Of a stretch of 64,000 nt of DNA, positions 29,002 through 38,992 are shown in pieces. The notes under the pieces are model-generated. The model was not told the origin of the DNA. It worked only from the letters and a program-made list of their open reading frames with translations, and ran no database searches. Each line of letters starts with the position of its first letter. Position 1 is the stretch's first letter. This DNA comes from an uncultured delta proteobacterium (GTDB lineage Bacteria; Desulfobacterota; Binatia; Binatales; Binataceae), in assembly GCA_963765675.1 (NCBI GenBank), contig CAVXXK010000004.1:128001-192000 (forward strand), given 5' to 3'. The position numbers and the translations under genes are program-made.

Positions 29002-29472
29002 TCAGCGAACCTCGATCGTACCGAGAAGGATAGAGGCTTTGTGCGCGAGGCTGGTAGCAGCCTCGTACTGCTTTTCGTCCAGAGACTTGCGCGCGCTTGT
29101 GAGCAAGTTCGCCGCAAGGTCATAGCTCTCGGCATCGGCGTCGTCCAGGCGGTTTCGATCGATTCTTCCGATCGTAGCGCTCGCCTCTCCCACCGATTTC
29201 GCGGCGGCATCGCGTTGCCCCGGAGTTGAGTCCGTGATCAGCGCGGGCCTCGGCGCCGCTCTTAACGCCGCCGGATCTTTGAGCCGCGCGGTAGGAGTGG
29301 GTGTCGCGGACGGCGAGGGAGCCGCAGTCGGCGTCGGCAATGCAGCTCGCGACGACGCGGGGTCGGGTGTGACTGTGGCTGCCGGCGGCTGATAGAACGG
29401 CTGCCAGGTGGCGCACGCGGCGATCGTGACCGTCAGGATTGCCGCGCCAAGAAAGGCGATGGTGATGCGCAA
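29002..29472 (-). CDS. Hypothetical lipoprotein in two-component operon
   Basis: IAAC lipobox, Pro-rich linker; start uncertain. Confidence 0.6.
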   Translation of the reverse strand: MRITIAFLGAAILTVTIAACATWQPFYQPPAATVTPDPASSRAALPTPTAAPSPSATPTPTARLKDPAALRAAPRPALITDSTPGQRDAAAKSVGEASATIGRIDRNRLDDADAESYDLAANLLTSARKSLDEKQYEAATSLAHKASILLGTIEVR

Positions 29473-29494
29473 TGTTTCGATGCCCCGGCTGATA

Positions 29495-31315
29495 CTAATC
29501 GCGCGGATCGATCGAGAGCCGGGACGCGTCGGCCGCGACCGGAAATTTGACGGTGCAGGCGGTTCCTTCACCGACTGTGGATGCAATCTCAATCGTCCCT
29601 TGGTTCAATTCGATCGCGCGCAGGGCGAGCGGCAGTCCAAGTCCGTTACCTTCGCGTTTGGTTGTGTAGTACAGGTCGAATATCTGTTCCATTTTGTCCG
29701 GCGGAATTCCTTCGCCAAGATCTGAAATCTCGAGCTCGACTATTCCGTTGCGCGCGGTGCTGAGCAGCGTTACTGATCCGCCGTTCGGCATCGCCTGTAC
29801 CGCATTCTGGATCAGGTTTGCAAGCGCCTCCGACACCATCGCGCGATCAGCACGAATAGAGGGTAGTTCGGGATCCAGCCGCAACGCCACCGTCACGTTA
29901 CCGCCGGGTTTGACTGTCGAGCTCAACTCGGTCAGCAGGTCGTTCGGATTGAACTCGCTCAACTTGAGCTCGGCCGGACGCATAAAGCGCAGCATCGCTT
30001 CGACCGATTGATCGAGCCGGCGTACGTCGTTGCGCAGATGATCGAGATGGCGGCCGATGTCGCGGCCCGCAGCGGCGTCGTCGCGCAAGAGCCCGATGCG
30101 CAGGCTCATCGATTGGAGCGGGCTACGCAATTGATGCGCGACGCCGGAGATCAGTGCGCCGAGGCGGGCCAGCCGGCTCGAAAATTCCACCACGGTTTCG
30201 AGCTCGTGAACCGCGTTCATGTCGCGCAACACCAGCAGCAGGCCCATCGGACTGCGGCTGCTGCCGAGCCGGAAGAACGACACCAGCATCGAGGCGCGCT
30301 CGGAATCCGGATGGTCGGCCTTGATCGGAACGTCGTGCGCCTCCGCGCCAGACTCGATCGCCGCCTCCGCCATCAGGACCAGCGGATGGTTCTTGCGCAG
30401 GAGCACGCTCAGCAGCCGTCCTTCCGCGCTCCCGGTGCGCGGAATTCCCAGGACCTGGTGCGCCTCCGGGTTGGCGAACAGCAGGATGCCGTCGCCGTCG
30501 AGCAGGATCACGCCGTCGCGAATCGATCGAATCATCTCGAACGCGTGGCTCGGCTTGGTCTCCCAGCGGCCGGATTCGGAGTGGACCTGGCGCGACAGGC
30601 GTTTGAAGCGATCGGCAAGGCCGCCCAGGTCGTTGCCGGCGCCAACGATCGAGCGCGCTTCATCGGAACGGCCAAGGCCGGCGGCGATAAGGCTGAAGCC
30701 CTGGAACATCAGGTTGCGCAGGAGAATCGCGGCCAGGGTAACCGCGACCAGATCAACCGCAATAAACGCTGCGAACACCAGCGCAAGCCTGCGTGCCTGC
30801 GCGGCGATAAGCACGGTCGTGATGGTCACAGAGACGGATGCGAATGGCTTGCCTGCGATCTCGATCGACCGCGTGATCGCGTATTCCCGCTCGACCGACA
30901 ACGCGTGGAGCGCCGGCAGCGGCCACCAGCTCGAAAGCTTATCTTGCAGCACGTTCATCGAAAGCAGAGGGCGCTGCGGTTTGCCGCCGTCTTCGTCATC
31001 TGGCGCCACCATCACGACGCCCTGCGCGTCGAGCACGCGCGCCCGCACGACAGCCCATCCGAATGCCTGGGTGGATGCGAGCAGAGATTTGAGCGCGGCG
31101 TTGCTCTTGAGCGCGGTCGTGGGATCGGTGTGCGAGGTCTCAAGGGTCGTGCGGATCTGCTGGTAGATCTGCTCGGTCATCAGATTGCCGGAATCGGCGA
31201 TACCGTTGACGACGTTTTTGATCGTGTAGGAGAGCGAGAACATCGCGATCGCGATGGTCGGGATCAGTTGCAGGAGCAGGAACGCAACCAGGAATCGTCC
31301 GCGCAAGCGGTTCAT
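29495..31315 (-). CDS. Membrane sensor histidine kinase with PAS domain
   Basis: VAHQLRSPL, NLIQNAVQAM, DLGEG, GNGLGL. Confidence 0.93.
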   Translation of the reverse strand: MNRLRGRFLVAFLLLQLIPTIAIAMFSLSYTIKNVVNGIADSGNLMTEQIYQQIRTTLETSHTDPTTALKSNAALKSLLASTQAFGWAVVRARVLDAQGVVMVAPDDEDGGKPQRPLLSMNVLQDKLSSWWPLPALHALSVEREYAITRSIEIAGKPFASVSVTITTVLIAAQARRLALVFAAFIAVDLVAVTLAAILLRNLMFQGFSLIAAGLGRSDEARSIVGAGNDLGGLADRFKRLSRQVHSESGRWETKPSHAFEMIRSIRDGVILLDGDGILLFANPEAHQVLGIPRTGSAEGRLLSVLLRKNHPLVLMAEAAIESGAEAHDVPIKADHPDSERASMLVSFFRLGSSRSPMGLLLVLRDMNAVHELETVVEFSSRLARLGALISGVAHQLRSPLQSMSLRIGLLRDDAAAGRDIGRHLDHLRNDVRRLDQSVEAMLRFMRPAELKLSEFNPNDLLTELSSTVKPGGNVTVALRLDPELPSIRADRAMVSEALANLIQNAVQAMPNGGSVTLLSTARNGIVELEISDLGEGIPPDKMEQIFDLYYTTKREGNGLGLPLALRAIELNQGTIEIASTVGEGTACTVKFPVAADASRLSIDPRD

Positions 31316-31539
31316 GTTAATCCGAGCTTTTCGAGCCGAGGCTCGAGGTCTTGCGATCGGTCAATTTCCAGTTAGCGACTGTTTTGCTGGATCACTTTAG
31401 ACAACAGAGCACTTTACCTGTGTTCCGTAAAGAACAGGTTGTCATCGACGCGACTGGGTACGCGGCGTTTCGTTTTTACACGATCCGGAATCGATCTTAA
31501 CAAAGCTTCGATAATGCGGCAATTTTTGGTTCGGTTCGA

Positions 31540-31555
31540 TGGCAACGATATTGCT
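31540..31555 (+). promoter_or_regulatory. Sigma54 -24/-12 promoter
   Basis: TGGCAACGATATTGCT. Confidence 0.75.
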
Positions 31556-31645
31556 CCGTCTTTCGTCTCCAACGCGCGGCGCCCTTGACGCTGGCGCGGC
31601 CAATCTTTTGAATTTCAAGCATCGCCCTCAGGAGGTTCGATTAAA

Positions 31646-31900
31646 ATGGTGGACAACAAGCTCGAAGACGGCATCGCCGCTGGATCCGAGGCGTTCGAGA
31701 AGGCGCGCAAGGCCGGCCGCGAGGCGCTCGAGGACGGTTACGAGAACGTGCGCGAGTACGGTGAGAAATCGCTCGAATACGCGAGCCAAGCCGGCGAAGG
31801 CTTGCTCGATTTCGTAAAGCGCGAGCCGCTTTTGGCGGTCGCCGGAGCATTTCTGGTCGGATACGTCGCCGCTCAAATCATCCGCCGGATTTCGGCGTAA
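31646..31900 (+). CDS. DUF883/ElaB-like small tail-anchored protein
   Basis: AGGAGG RBS; FVKREPLLAVAGAFLVGY. Confidence 0.75.
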   Translation: MVDNKLEDGIAAGSEAFEKARKAGREALEDGYENVREYGEKSLEYASQAGEGLLDFVKREPLLAVAGAFLVGYVAAQIIRRISA

Positions 31901-31912
31901 GGCCCGAACACA

Positions 31913-32254
31913 ATGGAGTCGCAAGACGAGTCGACGGTCCTGGTATTCGATAAATCCGCTCTGGCGGACAGAATCAGAGAAAATCCGCTGGCCGCGGTCG
32001 GCATAGCCGCCGGAGCGGGATTCGTTCTGGGCGGCGGCCTGAACACCTGGATTGGCCGATTGATGCTCGTGTCGGCAATACGGTTCGCGGCGCCAAAACT
32101 GGTGATGGACGCGATCGCCGGATTGGGTGAGAACAATGGCAAACGATACAGATCGACTCGAAACAGAGCTGGCACAGGCAAAGAGACGGCTTCATCGGAC
32201 CCTGACGGAAGTGAACGAAAGGGCCGAAGCCGTCGGCGATCAGCTTCAGCCTGA
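31913..32254 (+). CDS. Small membrane protein
   Basis: IRENPLAAVGIAAGAGFVLGGG. Confidence 0.65.
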   Translation: MESQDESTVLVFDKSALADRIRENPLAAVGIAAGAGFVLGGGLNTWIGRLMLVSAIRFAAPKLVMDAIAGLGENNGKRYRSTRNRAGTGKETASSDPDGSERKGRSRRRSASA

Positions 32255-32435
32255 AAAATTGATCGAACGCTACTCGATGCCAGTGCTGTGCGCCGCGGGC
32301 GCGGCGGGCTTTCTGCTCGGCGCCGTCGACGAGAGTTTTCTCGCGCTCGGTCTGATGGTGGCGGGAACCGCGATCGTGCTGGCCGGCACTTCCGGTCGCT
32401 CGCCCAAATCTTTGCCGGATGGCGAGCCGCGATGA
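32136..32435 (+). CDS. DUF3618-like small membrane protein
   Basis: LETELAQAKRRLHRTLTEV coil followed by TM. Confidence 0.6.
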   Translation: MANDTDRLETELAQAKRRLHRTLTEVNERAEAVGDQLQPEKLIERYSMPVLCAAGAAGFLLGAVDESFLALGLMVAGTAIVLAGTSGRSPKSLPDGEPR

Positions 32436-32803
32436 GTTCTCCACGAGAAGATCCGGTCCACCGCCAGCCACCGGGAGAGATAACCTGGCCCGAACTGGCC
32501 GAACGGGTTATCAGCGATCTGACGCATGTGATTCGCGTAGAGATCGAGCTGTTCCGCAATTCGCTCATCCCGATTTTTTCCGATCTTACCGATCGCGTGG
32601 TCGCGGGCCTGATCGCGGGGTTTGTGATGCTCGCGGGCGGAGTGACTCTGCTGGCGGCGCTGATCATGCTCCTGCATGAATGGCTGCCGTGGTGGCAGTC
32701 GCTTGCGATCAGCGGCGCCGCCGCGATCCTGGCCGGGTACCTGCTCACTCGGTTCGCTATGCGCTCGGCGAGCCATCACGAATCGAACGACAACGCCGCA
32801 TAG
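32432..32803 (+). CDS. Phage_holin_3_6/YqjE-like membrane protein
   Basis: VIRVEIELFR, two TMs, LPWW. Confidence 0.7.
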   Translation: MSSPREDPVHRQPPGEITWPELAERVISDLTHVIRVEIELFRNSLIPIFSDLTDRVVAGLIAGFVMLAGGVTLLAALIMLLHEWLPWWQSLAISGAAAILAGYLLTRFAMRSASHHESNDNAA

Positions 32804-32823
32804 GCGGCGCCTGGGAGATCTCT

Positions 32824-33054
32824 ATGAAACCACTTGCCGGTCTCGGAGCGGTGCTGCTGCTGCTCGGCATCATTGGGATGGCGATGCCGTTTTTCACCAC
32901 GCAAGACACTCATCAGGTCGCCAAGCTGGGCAACCTTTCGGTCCAGAGCACGCAGCAGACTACACACGTTATTCCGGTCCAGGTGAGTATCGGTGCGATC
33001 GTCATTGGCATCGTGCTGCTGGGGGCCGGAATTTATAGCGGACGCGCGCGATGA
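32824..33054 (+). CDS. Small two-TM protein
   Basis: GGAG RBS; TM-loop-TM. Confidence 0.7.
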   Translation: MKPLAGLGAVLLLLGIIGMAMPFFTTQDTHQVAKLGNLSVQSTQQTTHVIPVQVSIGAIVIGIVLLGAGIYSGRAR

Positions 33055-33089
33055 CCAGCGGTGATTCTTCGTGCCTATGCGTTTCTTGA

Positions 33090-33105
33090 TGGCACAGGTA
33101 GTGCT
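33090..33105 (+). promoter_or_regulatory. Sigma54 -24/-12 promoter
   Basis: TGGCACAGGTAGTGCT. Confidence 0.65.
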
Positions 33106-33295
33106 CTATCTTCCGATATGCCTGCGCGGATCCGCGTTTATTCACGGCTTCTCGGACACGCACCAGGAATCGTGAAATTTTTTTATGCTGCGGCGGAAAG
33201 CCGCTCTCCCCTCTGGCTGGGGCGGCGTCGCTGCGTCTTAGACGGCCTTTCAAGCACGATCCAGCTCCGCGTCTGTGGCATCCGGTGAAACTGCG

Positions 33296-34894
33296 ATGCG
33301 ACGGCAATCATTGCGCGCCGGAATACGGCAAATCGCCCGAGAGACGACGCGCTTGGGCGGCAGGATCGCCGATTTTGCAAGCGGCTGGTCGCGCTCCGAC
33401 CTGTTCGAAAAATTCTCGCTGTCGATAAAAGACTCCGCAATTCTGACCCTCGACCGAGCCGGGAAAATTACCGGCTGGAGCGAGGGCGCCACGCGCATGA
33501 CCGGGTACCGCGGCGAAGATATAGTCGGGCGCTCCTTCAGCCTGCTCTACCTTCCGCAAGAATTGATGCGCGACCGGCCCGGCGAGGCGCTTCGTGTCGC
33601 ATCGGAGCTGGGCAGTTTCTCCGAAGAGGGCATCCGCGTGCGCCGCGACGGCAGCATCCTGTGGGTCGCAATGACCATCCGCAAAGAGCATTCGCGATGG
33701 CGCCCCGGTACGCGCTTCACCTGCGTTCTGACTGACATCACCGAAACGATGCGACTGCGCAGCGAGGTCCTGCGCATGCGCGAAGCGGTATCGCCAACCG
33801 GGGTTGCCCGTCAGGGACGTTTGCAGTCGTCGGCGCTGGCGCACGATCTGAACAATATCCTGAACGCGATGGCGCTACGGCTTGAAGCGATGCGTTCGGC
33901 GGTGCCCGCTCAGATTGAAAATATCGACCGGCTCCGGCGCCTGCTAGGCGACGCCAGCGACGTCACCAAGCACGTGCAGAAAGGCCAGGGCGCCGAGTCC
34001 CCGATGACTGGACCGATTGATCCATCGGAATCCATTCGCGCCGCAGTCGAGCACGTGCGTGGCCAGTTGCGTCAGCGCTATCCGGTGAAAGATCGCGTGT
34101 TTCACGTCGATCTGGAAATAGCCGCGTTCGAACCGATGACGATCGTCGCGGAAGATCTCGGCGACGCGCTTGAACGGCTGCTGCTGAGCATTTGCGACAC
34201 GATGCCGTCGGGCGGAGCGGTGATGATCAACGCATCAGCCAACTCAACCCGTCTGACTATTGCGATCGAGCCGCATCCATTGACCACGCCGGGCGGGGAT
34301 GGCTGGAATCGATCGATCGACAGTTCGATTTTCGAGGCGGGCGAGATCTCGCGCTCACTTGCGCAGTCGGGCTTGATCGCGCGTCTCGGCGCCAGCCTTC
34401 GGGTTGAAGATCGCAGCGACACTAATGCAGTGATCCTCCTGTCAGTTCCCATTGCCGAGGCCGCGCATCGGACTTCTGTTCGTCCAGCCGACACGGGACA
34501 CGACGGAAACGGCAGCGCGTCATCGGACGGCCGCTTGCGGGTCCTGATAATCGACGACGACCGAGACAATCTGGACGCGCTGGGCGAGGCGCTGGAGGGC
34601 AAGGGCTACTTCGTCGCGACGGCGATGAACGGGTACGAAGGACTGCGCCATCTGCGCGATGGTACGCACTTCGATTTCGTTATCTGCGATATCGGGATGC
34701 CCGGCCTCAACGGCTGGGAGATCGCCGAAAAGACGGCGGAGATCGCGCCCGGCACTCAGGTTCTATTGGTCACTGGATGGAGCAGTGAAGTTGGCCGGCT
34801 CGATCCGCGGCGCAAACTGGTAGTCGACGTGCTCGCAAAACCAATCGACCTCGAGGTCGTCAGCGCGCTTATCGCGCGCTCCGGTGCGAAATGA
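33296..34894 (+). CDS. PAS-HisKA-(degenerate HATPase)-REC hybrid protein
   Basis: PAS WSEGATRMTGY; LAHDLNNIL; C-terminal REC CDIGMPGLNG. Confidence 0.8.
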   Translation: MRRQSLRAGIRQIARETTRLGGRIADFASGWSRSDLFEKFSLSIKDSAILTLDRAGKITGWSEGATRMTGYRGEDIVGRSFSLLYLPQELMRDRPGEALRVASELGSFSEEGIRVRRDGSILWVAMTIRKEHSRWRPGTRFTCVLTDITETMRLRSEVLRMREAVSPTGVARQGRLQSSALAHDLNNILNAMALRLEAMRSAVPAQIENIDRLRRLLGDASDVTKHVQKGQGAESPMTGPIDPSESIRAAVEHVRGQLRQRYPVKDRVFHVDLEIAAFEPMTIVAEDLGDALERLLLSICDTMPSGGAVMINASANSTRLTIAIEPHPLTTPGGDGWNRSIDSSIFEAGEISRSLAQSGLIARLGASLRVEDRSDTNAVILLSVPIAEAAHRTSVRPADTGHDGNGSASSDGRLRVLIIDDDRDNLDALGEALEGKGYFVATAMNGYEGLRHLRDGTHFDFVICDIGMPGLNGWEIAEKTAEIAPGTQVLLVTGWSSEVGRLDPRRKLVVDVLAKPIDLEVVSALIARSGAK

Positions 34895-34933
34895 GTCTTT
34901 GCTGCGGCGCCCTGGTCAGGGCGCCCGGCGCTA

Positions 34934-35932
34934 TTACTCACTTGTAGTCACTCGCACCTCTGAATCGGCTGCAGGGATGGTTTCGTGGGAGGCGAATTGC
35001 AGGTTTCCTCCATCGGCTTCTTCGATCAGATTGCGCTCGAGGCGCTGCGAACGCGGAATCCGTAGCACGATTTCGCGCGCGTCGTCTTCCTCTGAGCGCG
35101 CCAACTCGATGTCGCGTAATTGCAGCAGGCCCATCGCCGAATTTATCGCGATATCAATCGGGTCCCACGCTGGCTGCAGGTTGACGTCATAGCGGCTCCC
35201 CTGGGCCGCGAAGAGCTGCTCTCCGTCCTGGGTCGAAACCATCTTCACGTCTGCGCTGACCTGCCATGCTGAGATCAGGCCCGCGTAGTAGGCCTCGTAA
35301 TGGGTTATTCTTCCGTAAATCACCGCGTCGACGCCGAGCCATTTGCCCAGCGTTTGTGGCGGCACCTGGTCGAGCTTTTTCTCGTCGTCGATTCCATGTT
35401 CTTTCAGGACTGCATCAACTTGAAATAGATTCGCTTCCACGAATTCCCGTTCGGCCAGATAGCCAGTTACAGCCCGGCGCATCCGATTCGCATCGGTCCA
35501 GGCCCAGTTCTCGCGCTCGGTTGCGTCGCGATGCGTCAGCGGAATCTTGTCAACGACGTAGTTGGCGCTGCCCCAATCGGTGAACGGAAGCACCGCGATT
35601 CGTTGCGGCGCATCGCTGTCGTAGTTGGACGCAATCTCGGTTTTTATTCCGCCCGGATCGACTTCCACCAGATGATCGAACCAGGTTTTGCGCCCGTGCG
35701 TTTCAAGTCCGTACTCGGGGCGGAAGAAACGCCGCTGGTCAGGCCTCGCGGTCGACGCGCAGGCGCTCAGGCTCACGGCCATTGCAAGCAGCGCCACGAA
35801 GGCTCCTGCCGCGGTCGTCAGCGCATGGCGCGCTGGCAGTATCTGGGAGCTGAGTGAGGGAATTTGTCGATGCGGGCGCGATACGCGAGGTGCGCAGCAT
35901 GAGGGACTGAAGCTCCATCGGCAATTCAGCAT
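34934..35932 (-). CDS. GNA1162/DUF799-like lipoprotein (start likely downstream)
   Basis: LSAC lipobox; RIAVLPF, LGVDAVIYG. Confidence 0.65.
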   Translation of the reverse strand: MLNCRWSFSPSCCAPRVSRPHRQIPSLSSQILPARHALTTAAGAFVALLAMAVSLSACASTARPDQRRFFRPEYGLETHGRKTWFDHLVEVDPGGIKTEIASNYDSDAPQRIAVLPFTDWGSANYVVDKIPLTHRDATERENWAWTDANRMRRAVTGYLAEREFVEANLFQVDAVLKEHGIDDEKKLDQVPPQTLGKWLGVDAVIYGRITHYEAYYAGLISAWQVSADVKMVSTQDGEQLFAAQGSRYDVNLQPAWDPIDIAINSAMGLLQLRDIELARSEEDDAREIVLRIPRSQRLERNLIEEADGGNLQFASHETIPAADSEVRVTTSE

Positions 35933-36058
35933 ATGGATACCCCTGCTGCTTTATTATCGCTCGCGCATTTGGCACGGCGCCATAAAAAAATTTGATCAGC
36001 GCGCGAATTGGCGCATTCGCCGCGATATCCGTGTAACATCTACATGGTACTTAACCTT

Positions 36059-37855
36059 ATGAGCTCCAAGATCGAAGACTACGCACTCATCGGAAATACT
36101 CACACGGCCGCGTTGGTCGGACGCGACGGATCGATCGATTGGCTATGTATGCCGCGGTTCGATTCCGGCGCGTGCTTCGCCGCGCTGTTGGGCGGCCCTG
36201 ACAATGGCCGCTGGCTAATCGCACCCGAGGGGGAAACGAGCGCGGTGCGGCGGCGTTACCGCGACTCGACTCTGGTGCTCGAAACCGAGTTCGAGACCAA
36301 AGACGGGGTCGCGCAGGTCGTCGACTTCATGCCGATCGCGGAGCATCGCGATCGCGTCGATTTGACCAGGATTGTTCGCGGAGTGCGCGGACACGTGCGC
36401 ATGCACACCGACCTTGCGCTCAGATTCGACTACGGGCGGACGATCCCGTGGGTCACCGGCCACGATTTCGGTCTGCGCGCCGTCGCGGGACCCAACGCCG
36501 TGCGGATTAGAACTTCTGCGCGGCTGCATGGAAAGGATTTCACTTCTGTCGGTTCCTTCAACGTCGTCGAGGGCCAGAACATCCCCTTCTCGCTGACGTG
36601 GTATCCCTCGAACGATCATGAACCGGGAACGCGTCATCCATTGAGGATGCTCACGGAGACCGAAAAGTTCTGGCAGGAATGGTCCGCAAAATTCACCGGT
36701 ATCGGGCCGTGGCGCGACGCGGTCCTGCGGTCGCTCATCACGCTCAAGGCATTGACCCATCAGCGCACCGGCGGGATGGTCGCGGCGGTGACGACCTCGC
36801 TCCCCGAATGTATCGGGGGTCAACGCAACTGGGACTACAGGTACTGCTGGCTGCGTGACGCGACGCTGACACTCTACGCGCTGTTGATCTCCGGCTATAC
36901 GCAAGAGGCGATCGAATGGCGCGAGTGGCTGGTGCGCGCGGTCGCCGGACATCCGCAGGACACCCGCATCATGTACGGAATCGCGGGCGAACGGATGCTT
37001 CAGGAGTTCGAGCTGCCGTGGTTGTCCGGGTACGAGAACAGCAGCCCGGTGCGGGTGGGCAATGCCGCAGATGATCAGCTTCAGCTCGACGTGTATGGCG
37101 AAGTGATGGACTCGATGCACGTGTCGATGAAATACGGAATCGCTCCACAGAATGAAGCATGGCGCGTGCAGCTGGCGCTGATGGATTTCCTCGAGAGCGG
37201 ATGGCGTCAGCCCGACAGCGGAATCTGGGAAGTGCGCGGACCGCGCCGCGATTTCACCCATTCCAAGGTGATGGCGTGGGTCGCGGCCGATCGCGCGGTC
37301 AAGGCGGTCGAGCGTTTTAAAGCCGAGGGTCCGGTCGAGAAATGGCGCGCGATGCGCGACGAGATTCATCGCGACGCGTGCACCCGCGGCTTCAACACCG
37401 AGCGCAACGCCTTCGTGCAATATTATGGCTCGAAGGCGCTCGACGCGTCGCTGCTGATGATCCCGCTGGTCGGATTTCTCCCCGCCAAAGATCCGCGCGT
37501 GATCGGGACTATCGCCGCCATCCAGCGCGAGCTGGTACACGACGGCCTGGTCAGCCGCTATCAGACCGAAACGGGTGTGGACGGGCTTCCGCCCGGCGAA
37601 GGCGCGTTTCTGGCCTGCACCTTCTGGTTAGTCGATAATCTTGCGCTGACCGGCCGCTACAGCGAGGCGCGTGAGATCTTCGAGCGTTTGCTTGCGCTGC
37701 GCAACGACGTGGGCCTGCTCTCGGAAGAATACGATCCCCGGCTGAACCGGCAGGTCGGAAACTTCCCGCAAGCGTTCACGCATGTAAGCCTGGTCAATAG
37801 CGCACATAACCTGACTTTGGCCGAGCAGGCTCCAGCAACGCATCGGGCGGAGTGA
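36059..37855 (+). CDS. Glycoside hydrolase family 15 (trehalase/glucoamylase)
   Basis: IEDYALIG, RNWDYRYCWLRD, GLLSEEYD, GNFPQAFTH. Confidence 0.95.
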   Translation: MSSKIEDYALIGNTHTAALVGRDGSIDWLCMPRFDSGACFAALLGGPDNGRWLIAPEGETSAVRRRYRDSTLVLETEFETKDGVAQVVDFMPIAEHRDRVDLTRIVRGVRGHVRMHTDLALRFDYGRTIPWVTGHDFGLRAVAGPNAVRIRTSARLHGKDFTSVGSFNVVEGQNIPFSLTWYPSNDHEPGTRHPLRMLTETEKFWQEWSAKFTGIGPWRDAVLRSLITLKALTHQRTGGMVAAVTTSLPECIGGQRNWDYRYCWLRDATLTLYALLISGYTQEAIEWREWLVRAVAGHPQDTRIMYGIAGERMLQEFELPWLSGYENSSPVRVGNAADDQLQLDVYGEVMDSMHVSMKYGIAPQNEAWRVQLALMDFLESGWRQPDSGIWEVRGPRRDFTHSKVMAWVAADRAVKAVERFKAEGPVEKWRAMRDEIHRDACTRGFNTERNAFVQYYGSKALDASLLMIPLVGFLPAKDPRVIGTIAAIQRELVHDGLVSRYQTETGVDGLPPGEGAFLACTFWLVDNLALTGRYSEAREIFERLLALRNDVGLLSEEYDPRLNRQVGNFPQAFTHVSLVNSAHNLTLAEQAPATHRAE

Positions 37856-37966
37856 CTTCGCGTCTGTCTCGAACGATCAGGCGGCGAAGCACTGTAAGTG
37901 TGAAATATTTGCTCACCGCGACAAGCGTTTTTTTGGGATTGGGCGCATCTTCATTAGACAAATCCG

Positions 37967-37982
37967 TGGCCCCGCTATTGCT
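37967..37982 (+). promoter_or_regulatory. Sigma54 -24/-12 promoter
   Basis: TGGCCCCGCTATTGCT. Confidence 0.65.
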
Positions 37983-38041
37983 GTTATTCCCCAAACCAAT
38001 CGCCGCGCATTAGCGCCGGCGTCATTGGAGGAGAACTAAGC

Positions 38042-38470
38042 ATGAAGCGATCATTTGGATATCTCGCGATTATTCCGGCGATGGCGTTTGGGCTCTCGCT
38101 TTCCGGACCAGCTTTCGCGCAAGACGCCGGTGCTCCGAACGCCAGTGCGTCAACCGGCATGACCCAGACCATGAAGAATGCTGGAACTGACACCGAGAAC
38201 GCGGCCAAGGGCGCATACAACACCACCGCGACTGCGGTCGGCGACACTGGCCTGACGGCAAAGGTGAAGATGGAGTTGGATAAGAACTCCGAAACCGAGC
38301 ATGCCCATATTCACGTCAAGACCAAGTCCGCCGTGGTCTATTTGACCGGACATGTTCCCAGCGCTGCCGTGTCGCAAGAGGCCGAGCAGATCGCAAAGGG
38401 CGTCTCCGGAGTTGATCACGTGAGCAATCACCTGAAAGTCCGTGCATCATCTTCTTCGAACAACAGCTGA
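38042..38470 (+). CDS. BON-domain (OsmY-like) protein
   Basis: Signal peptide; DTGLTAKVK...VYLTG...VSGVDHVSNHLKV. Confidence 0.9.
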   Translation: MKRSFGYLAIIPAMAFGLSLSGPAFAQDAGAPNASASTGMTQTMKNAGTDTENAAKGAYNTTATAVGDTGLTAKVKMELDKNSETEHAHIHVKTKSAVVYLTGHVPSAAVSQEAEQIAKGVSGVDHVSNHLKVRASSSSNNS

Positions 38471-38772
38471 GCTACCGCTCCGCTGTGAGTGATGACCAAG
38501 GGCGCTTGCGGGTGATGCCTTGAAGAAATAGACCTCGAGCACGACGCACGCCCTTCCCCTCGACCAGATCCTCCCCCCTCCCCACACACATGTGACTTGC
38601 CCGCGCGGACTAAATTTCGTCCGCGCGGGCACGGTTGCGTCTTGCGGCCGCGCGCGAGCATTGCGGCAAGCGTGCGGATGTTAGATCGTAATCTGCGGAG
38701 CGCGAATCGGTCCGACTGACTCGCCCGCACGAAAAACGAGCCGGTCACAAGCTGCTCTCGGAGGAAACGATT

Positions 38773-38934
38773 ATGCCCGCTGCGTTAATCAGTGTAATGG
38801 ACGCGAAAGAGCGCACCCGTTACGCCAAGCAAATGGATGAGCTGATAAAGCTGCTGCGCAAAAACAACGAGCAAGTGACCAAACTGGCCATCTTAATGGA
38901 AAAAATGGTCAGAGCGATGGGCGGTTCCGCGTAA
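38773..38934 (+). CDS. Small coiled-coil protein (53 aa; not in ORF track)
   Basis: GGAGGA RBS; MPAALISVMDAKERTRYAKQMDELIKLL... Confidence 0.55.
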   Translation: MPAALISVMDAKERTRYAKQMDELIKLLRKNNEQVTKLAILMEKMVRAMGGSA

Positions 38935-38992
38935 CAATCTCCAAACGAACCAGTCTCCGCATCACGCGCGCAATTCGGCGCGTCGCGGTGAA

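Noticed and set aside
32432-32803. Holin-family gene as a second phage remnant
   Set aside because: This family typically occurs in ElaB/YqjE-type host operons and there is no phage context
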